This document shows, one piece after another, positions 53,431 through 64,000 of a stretch of 64,000 nucleotides of DNA. The position numbers were made by a program, and so were the translations under genes. Under the pieces are notes generated by a model, which saw only the letters and a list, made by a program, of their open reading frames with translations, was not told where the DNA came from and ran no database searches. Source of the stretch: Macrostomum lignano (taxonomy: Eukaryota); NCBI GenBank assembly GCA_002269645.1, contig NIVC01000278.1, forward strand, positions 248,001 to 312,000. Direction: 5' to 3'. Each line of letters begins with the position of its first letter. Positions within the stretch are counted from its first letter, which is position 1.

Positions 53431-55779
53431 AGAAGCCAAAGAGAAATGGAGCAGTTCAGAGGTAAGAATTACTCATTGAGGTCACGATTAGGGATTATGT
53501 CGAGCAAAACAGATTCGCTTTGTTTTATTGACTTTCTGTATTACGAGTATAATCTGTCTTTTTGAATGTTGAGTTTATAGTTTCCATTTTAGCTAGGAGT
53601 ATGGCTATTAAGTGAGAAATGAATTAAGCTTAAGTCCAGTGGCAGTAAGCTGCTGTGTGCTGCTGTCAAAAATTCGAAAAGAAAGCCTGTCAAACTGGTA
53701 TTGCAGCTTTCTGCTATACAATTGCTTTCTGCGGGACCAACCAAAGGCTTCTTCTATTGCTGTTGCTGGGGTTGCCAATATGCTTTGGCATGTGTCTGCA
53801 GTCCGGCTTTGAAAGGAGGCAAAAAGACGCTAAAAGACGGTTGGGGGGGCAAGGCAATGAATGAATGAGTCACGACAACAAAAGAAAAACGTCAAAATTA
53901 TTCTTAAACACCACGCCAAGAAGACCAAACCGAGTCTGCAGGCAGCCCCTCATCAAGGCTTAATAGCATTGCTTATTGCTTTTTTCGCTGCTTAAATAGC
54001 AAAACTCGGAAGGTGGGCCAGCCCAGGGTCCCCTCTCCTTCTGGGCGCGCATCTGTCTCTTTTTTTGGCCTCTTGCGCTGCTTGAATAGTCAGACAAGTG
54101 TCAGTTTTTTGTTTCTTAATTCTTTTTGTTGCTTTCCAGCTATGGGGTGTTGAGAAAGAAAAATAGCTTACGGGCCTGCATGGTGGAGGGCGGCGCGGCG
54201 GGAGGGCGGAGAGCCGAGGGCTGAGGGGGTGCAGAAAGGGAAACTGTCTAATATAGTTCTGAGCGGTCATTAAGCTTTCTATATTAGAATAGTATAATAG
54301 GGCTTAGCTTGGCTTTGCCTTTGGGTTAGTATTTGTAGAATTAGAATTTGACAGGTTAGAGGTAGAGCAGTCAGAAGATAGAAGAGAGAAGTTAGGATTT
54401 GTTTCATTTTATTATAGGGCTGTTTAGCATTTTGTCTTAGAAATCAAGCTGAGACCAAAAAGGTCTTTGAAACTCTTAAAACCGTATAAGTCCCGCGCGG
54501 GCGGGGGGCCATTTAAAATGGTCGGGGGGGGGGGGCTGGGGTAATTACTTATTCAATTCAGAAGGCGCGACAGTGAAAGGGGTGGCGGGGGAGGGGGGCC
54601 GGACCGTTTTGGGGGTGAAGAATTGGCGCCACTCTGAAAAATAAGAGGGGTTTTGGCTCAGCCAATGAGCGTTCAAGTCTCACGGGCAGCCGGCAGACAG
54701 TGTACAATCAAGTTTCAGAGCCGGCAGGGGTTGGTGGTGGGGTGGTGGGGGCAGACCTTTCTCCCCCGGGGTCTAGCTCAGACAGAAAAGGACGGGACCT
54801 TGGAGGAGGAGCCCGCGGACCTCCCTTCTATGGTTAAAGAACTAAGCTCTATTCCCTCCTTTATATTAAGGCCCTGGATATTAACTGAGCAATTAGTTTA
54901 AGTTCTGAAGACCGACAGGCAGGACTCGGAGACAGCTAGCTTCTCTCTGCCAAAAATTCAGCATTTAAAGTTAAAAAGAAAAGCGTCTTGGTTTTATAAA
55001 AGAAGTGTTTAGATTAAATTATCTTGCCATGCAATAGCCAAACATGTCAGCAGTTGAACTGAACCGGCAGCTTATCTAAGCTTATCTAATTGTTATTCTA
55101 CATCCATCCAGTTCAGTCTCTTCTTCATCTCGACAGTTCCAGGAGTTGTGGACAAATAGCTCGAGGTAAGACAGATAGCTACAACTTGTGCAATGTTTCC
55201 AAATAGATTGATTCATTGGTTATCCGTTTAATCCGTTTATATCCCGGTTCTCCAAAAATAAATGTAAAGACTTCTAAGACTAAAATATCCATCAGAGACT
55301 GTCCTCAATACTGGAAAAGCAGGAGGCTAAAGAAAGAAGTTATTAGCGAAATGGTCAAATTAGAAAAATAACCCGAAGTCGAAGAGGGTTTCCCAAGGTC
55401 AAAATAATGAGTTCAGGGAGGAATCAAAAAGGTAGTTATTAAGCTCAGTGATTCTTGTAATGCATCTGGTGCCTGTATTGACTTTTGGTTGGCTCCTTTG
55501 GTGCCTGCTCTGCTTTGGTCACTTCTGTCCTGTTAGGTCAGCTGGCTTCTAGTTGGATCTACTTTACTTTTATAGTATTTTAGTATAGTATAAACAATAA
55601 CAATTCTATATTAAATGTCAAAGATCAAGCTTCACTGCTTTTAAAATGATATTTGATAGCTACTTTGCTTCACAGGAAAACAAAACCTATGATAATTGTA
55701 ACCTTAGAATTTAATTGCGTTTTAGTCTTGATGAACTGTGTGCTGCGTGCGTTTATAGGGCCGAGGTCATCTCATGGGG

Positions 55780-56400
55780 AGGAAGAACCGGGTCATAATG
55801 GGAGGAAGAGCAGGGGTCATTGGAGAGGAAGGGGGTCATTGGTGAGGAAGATAAGATGTCATTGGGGAGGCAGAGCGGGGTCATTGGGGAGGCAGAGTAG
55901 GGGGGGGTCATTGGGGAGGCACAGTAGGGGGGGGGTCATTGGGGAGGCACAGCAGGGGTCATTGGAGGCAGAGCAGGGGGTCATTGGAGGCAGAGCAGGG
56001 GTCATTGGAGGCTGAGCAGGGGGTCATTGGGGAGGCAGAGCAGGGGGTCATTGGGGAGGCACAGCAGGGGTCATTGGAGGCAGAGCAGGGGGTCATTGGA
56101 GGCAGAGCAGGGGGTCATTGGAGGCGAAGAGCAGGGGGTCATTGGAGGCGAAGAGCAGGGGTCATTGGAGGCGAAGAGCAGGGGTCATTGGAGGCGAAGA
56201 GCAGGGGTCATTGGGGAGGAAGAGCAGGGGGTCATTGGGGAGGAAGAGCAGGGGGTCATAGTCATTGGGGAGGAAGAGCAGGGGGTCATTGGGGAGGAAG
56301 AGCAGGGGGTCATTGGGGAGGAAGAGCAGGGGGTCATTGGGGAGGAAGAGCTAGGGTCATTAGAAAGGAAGTAAAAAAATCATATGAGAAAAGAGGGTCA
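55780..56400. repeat. ~24-bp purine-rich minisatellite
   Basis: (ggggtcattggggaggaagagcag)n. Confidence 0.9.
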
Positions 56401-57579
56401 TAGGATTAAGAGGAATTATGAAACAGCTGTAGACGGTTTTACAGTTATATTACTTTATATACAACATTATACTAAGTCAAATGCATTCACCTGTGTGCAG
56501 AGCCACATAAATTGGAAGCTATAGAGTCAATTTATAGTGCAAGTTGCTTGGATTTCGAATTTGCCTTGACCTGTATGACTCACTCCAGTCCAGTGCGATT
56601 GGCAAGATGACTCAAGCCATTAGTGAGCCATGTTGACAAGTCCTAATACTCGTAGTGCGTGGAATCGATGCTTTTAAGTTTTAAAACTATAGTTCTCATT
56701 CGATCCATAAGCTGATATGCCAAACTTGTAATCAATGGCGGATACAGGGGGGTCAAGGGGTCGCTGACCACCCCCAGAAGAGAGTCAAGAGACCCTCAAT
56801 CCGCTCCTGTTTGCAATTGATTTTGTACTATTCCTGCAGTTCGACATTCTTCACTATATATAAAGTGATTGACAGGTTCAGTCAGACAAAAAAACACTTG
56901 AAAGAGAAGTTCATGCTTTTCATGCACTTGTTCCCCACAAATCCTCACGTTATCTATTAATCCCACTGATTCACACACCATTTGGGACGGATAGGTTTGG
57001 AAATTGAAAAAAATGCTTTTAAGCTGATGATGGCTACTTAAGATGATGAAGAGACGGTCGTCGCGTTTATCCTTCACCAATGGGGAAATTTTAAATTTTA
57101 TTGCCTTTCTGGGACTCATGGGAGTTTTGTCCAGCTCTTGCAGGATATTTCGAATTCCGCGAATATCTACTGCCGGTGAAGTGCTTTTTCCCTTCCTATA
57201 GTCCTAGATACTTCTTCAAGAGTAAACTGCAGAAGGAAAAGTATAAGGAGAGACGATATTGCAAGGGAGGAGGGGATTTCTCAAATTGGACTTGAGGAAA
57301 AGGAAGCAAGCACTCTCTGAATCTCGGAGCTCCACCCATGCCGAGTCTGTCCTGTTCCCATCTCAAATACTCGATCCATCCCTATTTCGGTTTCTTGCGC
57401 CCCCTGCCTTTCCTGAAAGAAGAAGACAAAAATCAATTAGCTATTCTAGCCTTTGATTTCCTCAATGATTTTTTTCTGCCTATGCAGCTCCCCGTGTCTT
57501 GCGCCACTTAAGTTTAACCTGCACACTGGCACACTGCACATGCCTCCGGCGGGCCGTCTCGCTTGAGATCCCGTCTGTA

Positions 57580-58230
57580 GACGACACGTCTATAGACCTG
57601 GTCTAGTTTGTTAACGGCACATCTATAGATCTGGTCTCTTTTGTTAACGACACATCTATAGATCTGGTCTAGTTTGTTAACGGCACATCTATAAATCTGG
57701 TCTCGTTTGTTAACGACACATCTACCAAATTTTGGAGGTTGAGCATGTATGCATCTATAGATCTGGTCTAGTTTGTTAACGACACATCTATAGACCTGGT
57801 CTAGTTTGTTAACGACACATCTATAGATCTGGTTTAGTTTGTTAACGGCACATCTATAGATCTGGTCTAGTTTGTTAACGACACATCTATAGACCTGGTC
57901 TAGTTTGTTAACGGCGCATCTATAGATCTGGTCTCGTTTGTTAACGACACATCTATAGATCTGGTCTCGTTTGTTAACGACACATCTATAGATCTGGTCT
58001 ATAGTTTGTTAACGACACATCTCTAGATCTGGTCTAGATTGTAAATGACACATCTATAGATCTGATCTAGTCAAAATAACATGTCTATAGGTCTGTTCTA
58101 GTCTGAATGAAATGTCTATAGATCTGTTCTAGTCTGTTAACGACACGTCTATCGATTTGGTCTAGTTTGTTAACGGCACATCTAATAGACCTGGTCTAGT
58201 TTGTTATTGACGCGTCTATAGATGTTAGTC
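57580..58230. repeat. 33-bp minisatellite
   Basis: (gacacatctatagatctggtctagtttgttaac)n. Confidence 0.92.
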
Positions 58231-59039
58231 TATAGATATAATATGTAGAGACACGCAGGATGCAGATCAAAGCGAAACAGAATCTCACTAGCTGCAGTTG
58301 ATTGTATTAACTAGATTCATCGCAGATGTTTACAACAGGTGTCGCTTCTAATCTCTCTTATACTGAAGTTTGTCAAATTTCAAACTTTATAACTGATGGA
58401 ATCGCCGAAATTGGCATCGATGCTTTAAACTTGTGTTTGTCAAGTTTGAAAGGTGTGATGACCATATACACAACAGATTAGAAATGGGTTGCTAGGGCAT
58501 TGATGGCACTCATTATACGGTGCAGTAAAATGTTGATCATCCTTCAGCATTTATCTTCTTGCCCTGCAAACCGCGTGTTAAACAGTGAGCTGCACAACAT
58601 AGTCAGAAAGTTCAGAAAGACATGCTATCTGTGTGTAGTGTACATGGATGCGATGTGATGTGATGCAGCACTGTGAAACTTTTATTACCTTTGTACAATT
58701 GTACAGTATAGTGTATTCTATAGGCGATTGCAGTCAGGCTTGCCAACTCTTATCACTGACAAACTTTTCAATTTGTGCAGCTTCTGATTCTCTTAACTAC
58801 CTGTCTCTCTGTTGCTCCTTCAATCCTGTCCCAAACAGGGCCATGCCTATGAATCTATGATCCCAAATATGCCAGATAAAGAGCTGTAAAATATGCTGCC
58901 TGCCTGCCTGGTGTGGGTTTTAGAAAGGAGAAGAATAAATGTTGTGGGAGAGGGGAGAGAATGAACGACAGAGTTGAGGGGAGAAAGAGAGGTATGTAAG
59001 AAGAAGAGATATGAAAGTAGAGGAGAGATTGGATACGCA

Positions 59040-59665
59040 AGGAGAGAGATTAGATATCCAAGGATAAAGAATAGATTCTCAATAATAGAGATCAGATATC
59101 CAAGAATAGATTAAAAATCCAGCGATGGAATAGATCTTTCAAGGATAGAGATAGGGTATCCAGTGATATATTTGATTTCTAAAGGATAGAGATAGGATAT
59201 TCAGTGATATATTAGATTTCTAAAGGATCTAGAGATAGGATATCCAATGATAGATTAGATTTCTCAAGGATAGAGATAGGATATCCAATGATAGATTAGA
59301 TTTCTCTCTCAAGGATAGAGATAGGATATCAAATGATAGATTAGATTTCTCAAGGAGAGAGATAGGATATCGAATGATAGATGATAGATTAGATTTCTCA
59401 GGGAGAGAGATAGGATATCGAATGATAGATTAGATTTCTCAAGGAGAAAGATAGGATATCCAATAATAGATTAGATTTCTCAAGGAGAGAGATAGGATAT
59501 AGAATGATAGATTAGATTTCTCAAGGAGAGAGATAGGATATAGAATTATAGATTAGATTTCTCTCTCAAGGATAGAGATAGGATATCAAATGATAGATTA
59601 GATTTCTCTCTCAAGGATAGAGATAAGATATCCAATGATAGATTAGATTTCTCAATAATAGAGAC
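59040..59665. repeat. ~41-bp minisatellite
   Basis: (gatagagataggatatccaatgatagattagatttctcaag)n. Confidence 0.9.
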
Positions 59666-60554
59666 AGGAGAACTGACCCAAATCGGTGATCTGCCCTCAG
59701 CAAAGTCTGTGTGTAATTAAAAAAAATAAAATTGTTGACACCCGCGCAGAATTAACTGCTGAGTCTAGAGATATATATATCTAGTTAATAATGCATTTGC
59801 GCGCACTGACTTGTAATTGAGAATGTAAAAGCAGAAAAAAGTTAAATACAAGTGTCCTTGCGTGTGCGCTACGACCCTCAATGCCAAAATACCGCATATG
59901 GGAAGAACTAAAGGAATCACACTTGGGATACTCCGCCACTTCCCATTTCTATATATAAGATTGAGTATATTACTTTTTCAATTTCGTCACGAAATTCTCT
60001 AAACCTATGGAGGGAATATTGTGAGCGCAAGGCCGACCTTATGGGACCTGGCTGGCTCCCCTCTTGCTTCTGCTGCAATTCTGGGGTCAAACTGTTGGAT
60101 AGAGAGAGAGGTCAATAAATAACTAGCATGCATGCGTGCCGCTCCCTAAGTGACTCAACTCAATGTGAGTAGCTATATAGACTCCACTTTTCAGGCTCTG
60201 TGTTTCCATAATTGGGCTTGCTTTCCGAGAGTGGAAAATTAACTTTTTGCCTTATACTAATTTCGTGCAGCTAATTAATGACTCTATCAATTATCATAAA
60301 CGTTTCCTGTTTTGTTTAGTCTATGCAGAGTGTATTAGCATATTGTGTGCGATTGTTTGACAATTTAGACCCATTTTTAGGTCGCTGTCACTGCTGCCAC
60401 TGCAGTGAGGCATAATGTAAAGCTGCAGTTTTTCGGCTCTGTATCTAGTAAAGTTTTATATTGATTTAATTCGCAAATTCTAGTTCAAATTCACAAAGAT
60501 AACTAAATAATCCAAAATTTATTTTTGTTACCGCCATAAAAACAGAAATCACCC

Positions 60555-61165
60555 TCAATCCGCCCCTAGAACTGCCCTCAATCCGCCCCTAGAACTGCCC
60601 CCAATCCGCCCCTAGAACCCCCACCCCCAATCCGCCCCTAGAACTGCCCCCAATCTGCCCCTAGAACCCCCACCCCCAATCCGCCCCTAGAACTGCCCTC
60701 AATCCGCCCCTAGAACTGCCCCCAATCCGCCCTAGAACTGCCCTCAATCCGCCCCTAGAACTGCCCTCAATCCGCCCCTAGAGTCGCCCCCAATCCGCCC
60801 ATAGAATCGCCTCTAAATCTGCCCCCAATCCGCCGCTTGAACCGCCTCCAATCCGCCCCCAATCCGCCCCTAGAACCGCCCCAATCCGCCCCTAGAACCG
60901 CCCCCAATCCGCCCCTAGAACCGCCCCCAATCCGCCCCTAGACCCGCCCCCAATCCACCCCTAGAACCGCCTCCAAGCCGCCCCTATAACCGCCCCCAAT
61001 CCGCCCCTAGAACCGCCCCCAATCCACCCCTAGAACCGCCCCCAATCCGCCCCTAGAACCGCCCCCATTCCCCCCAATCCACCCTTAGAACCGCCCCCAA
61101 TCCGCCCCATAGAACCGCCCCAAATACGCCCCTAGAACCGCCCCCAATCTGCCCACAGAATCCCG
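60555..61165. repeat. ~22-bp C-rich minisatellite
   Basis: (ccccaatccgcccctagaaccg)n. Confidence 0.92.
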
Positions 61166-61224
61166 CCATGCATCACCCAAAAACAATCCCTAATTTGCCA
61201 CTTTCTAACCGCTCTCCGCCGCAG

Positions 61225-63827
61225 ATGTTCGCCCTCGGCATTCAGCCAGGAGCCGCACCGCCGCTCTCTCTCTGCGTGCTCCTGGCTCTGCTGCTGTCTA
61301 TGGCCCAACCCGGGCATCAGCTGAGCCGCTGCGGATATTGCATGTGCGACAGGCCAACCGTGTCGTGCGACTTCGACTCCGCCAAGTCGGAGATTGTCAA
61401 CAACATCGAGCTGACTGACTACGTGCCTTCGAGCAGCCTGCTCAGACGATTAGGACGCAACCCGGCCTCCTACAGCGAGCTCTACGTCAATTGTAAAAAC
61501 GCTCGAGTGCTAAAATCTCAACGATTGACCAGCCGCTTATTGGAGCACTTTGCGAACCTCACGCGCCTGTCGGTGCTAAGCTGCGACTTGATCGCAATCG
61601 ATGACGGAGCTCTGAGCAGTCTCAGACAGCTTCGTGAGCTCGACCTCAGCGACAATCAGCTGCAACGCTTGCCGCCAGCCTTTCTCAACGGCAAATCGCT
61701 GACGGCGCTTCGGTTCGGCGAGAACCGGCGCTTGCAGCTCACTGCCGACATGTTTCGGGGCCTTCAACTCGATCGGCTGTTGCTGTCCCGCTGTGGTCTG
61801 TCCGAGTTTCCGTTAGACAGCCTAAATGCGATCGCCGGCCTGCGCGAGCTCACCCTGTCGCATAACAGCATTCAGACTGTGCCAGTAGAGGCGAGAGACT
61901 TAATTAATCAGCTAAGAGTCTTCTATCTAGACGATAATCCGCTGGCATGCACGTGTCAGAATCGGTGGCTGCGCAATGTCGACTGGAATCGGGTCTCTCC
62001 GCCGCTTAGCAAGGTGAGATAAGACAGTGTACACTGGGGTAGGGTTTTTTATATTCTGTTCTATTTTTAGAATACGTACATTTTCCCTATTTTTAGACTA
62101 TGTACATTCTGTTCTATTTTTAGGCTACGTACATTCTGATCTATTTTTAGAATACGTACATTTTCACTATTTTTAGATTATGTACATTCTGGTCTATTTT
62201 TAGGCTACGTACATTCTGATCTATTTTTAGAATACGTACATTCTGCTCTATTTTTAGACTACGTACATTCTACTCTGTTTTTAAACTATGTACATTATAA
62301 TCTATTTTCAACTATGTGCTCTCTGTGCTATCTCTTAACCGAGTACATTCCGTTAGATACCAATAAAACACCTTATAATAACTGCAGGCGTCACCCAGAG
62401 ACCAGCTGCCTCGATGCGCAACGCCGCAGCGACTGCTCAACGCCGAGCTGAGCTCCCTGAGCCCCACAGACCTGCCGTGCGACCCGCCCCGGCTTGTGTC
62501 TATCGACCTACAGCTGGGCCCCGTGTCGGGCCGCCTGGCCTGCAAGGCTGACTCCGATCAGCCAGAGAGGCTGGTCTGGACCTACCGTCAGATTGCTGGC
62601 TACCCAGAATTTAAGGATGGGGCCACCTATCAGGTGAGAAGAGACGGATAGATTATTCTTTATTTGATGAGCCATTACTTGAACTGTTTGATGAGCATCA
62701 TGAGTCACTTCTCAAACTCTCTCACCTGTTAGATGAGTAACATGAGACACTTTTCAAGCTCTCGCCTGTTTGATGAGCATCATGAGTCACTTCTCGAACT
62801 CTCAGATGTTTGATGAGCATCATGAGTCACTTCTCAAACTCTCAACTGTTTGATGAGCATCATGAGTCACTTCTCACTCTTAACTGTTTGATGAGCATCA
62901 TGAGTCACTTCTCAAACTCTCAGATGTTAGATGAGCATCATGAGTCACTTCTCAAACTCTCAGATGTTTGATGAGCATCATGAGTCACTTCTCAAGCTCT
63001 CAGATGTTAGATGAGCATCATGAGTCACTTTTCAAACTCTCAGATGTTTGATGAGCATCATGATTCACTTCTCAAACTCTTTATTGAGTGAGCCCATCCC
63101 CCTACCATGCCACCCCCACCGTCTCCATCAACAGGGAACTGGTGCCGCATTTGTGAGCACCTTCAAACGCAGCGTCATGCAACAGCAGCCGCAGCCACAG
63201 TACAAGTACTTGCTGACTACAGCCACCGACGATGGCAGGCAGTCAAATTTTACGCTTTCCCTGCAGTGGCCGCCGCTGCAACGACCGCCTCATCAGCCGG
63301 ATGAGCAGCAACCCACCGCCGTTCTAGCTGGCAGGACGCCCTCAAACGGTGGACCACCTTTGCATTCGCTGCCTCAGCCCCGGCCTGGCGATGTCGTAGC
63401 CTCGGCCTCTGACAGCGCAGCCCCGGACAATTCTGGCAACGACTACTTCTCTAGGAAGCAGTTCACCCTGGTAGAGATGATTGTAGCTGTCATTGGCACT
63501 TTCCTAGCAACAGCCCTGGTGTTTGTGCTGGTCTGCCAGTTCACCAGGTGGTACTCGAAGCGAGACAAGAAGCGCTGGGCAACCTACGCTGCGCACCCAT
63601 ACAGCGGGTACAACTACACCAGCGGCTCCCAGCAGCTGCAGCAACAGCCGACCCAGTACCTGACCCACCGGCCGCCGTCACACGAGTACGATGTACCCAG
63701 AATCGAGAGTATGCAGCTGCAACAGCAGCAACAACCGATGAGCCCAAAGATGACTCATCTCAACAACTGCACTGCCGATTTCGAATTTGTAGACTACAGC
63801 GGCAGGCGGCTGTATAATCGAGTTTGA
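61225..63827 (+). CDS. LRR + Ig-like single-pass membrane protein (Kekkon/LINGO-like architecture), 3 exons
   Basis: Exons 61225-62013, 62388-62633, 63135-63827; signal peptide, LRRNT, about 6 LRRs, NPLACTC...C..P LRRCT, Ig-like segment, TM MIVAVIGTFLATALVFVLVC, cytoplasmic YDVP. Confidence 0.9.
62050..62310. repeat. 27-bp intronic minisatellite
   Basis: (gtacattctgttctatttttagactac)n. Confidence 0.88.
62680..63075. repeat. 40-bp intronic minisatellite
   Basis: (gatgagcatcatgagtcacttctcaaactctcagatgttt)n. Confidence 0.9.
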
Positions 63828-64000
63828 AATGGAACTCTAGGACTCTATAGGCCACTGAAGGGTGATCGGTTTCCTGGAAACACATAATTATTACCGAATT
63901 TATTTGGTCATTATAAATTACTCCACTTGATTCGATCCCCATTTTTTGGGGCTTGCTCACTAAAAATTTGTCCAATTAGAATTGTTGTGCAATTCACAAC

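Noticed and set aside
45180-56403. ORFs over CT, GGGAGA and GA-rich satellites
   Set aside because: Low-complexity artefacts

Overview
Eukaryotic (metazoan) genomic DNA with GC-rich exons, AT-rich introns and many minisatellites; the style fits a free-living flatworm such as Macrostomum (inference). Four spliced protein genes are readable: the 3' end of a Cys-loop chloride-channel subunit (+, 1504-2288), a class I ARF GTPase (-, 6778-11392) with a TTAA-flanked piggyBac in its intron, a 12-exon HEATR4-like gene (+, 25925-39049) carrying an intronic U5 snRNA, and an LRR-Ig single-pass receptor (+, 61225-63827). The main discovery is the apparently ORF-less AT-rich block at 12.4-22 kb. On the minus strand it is a host locus of tiny non-coding exons whose introns carry about 28 box C/D snoRNAs of four families, generally one per intron, in a repeated B-C-A2-A1 module. 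The paralogues show a one-nucleotide guide-register shift, bipartite rRNA pairing and compensatory C/D box changes, and the array may be co-transcribed with ARF. rRNA target matches are recalled from memory and need a search against this species' rRNA. Most of 39-61 kb is satellites and TE debris.
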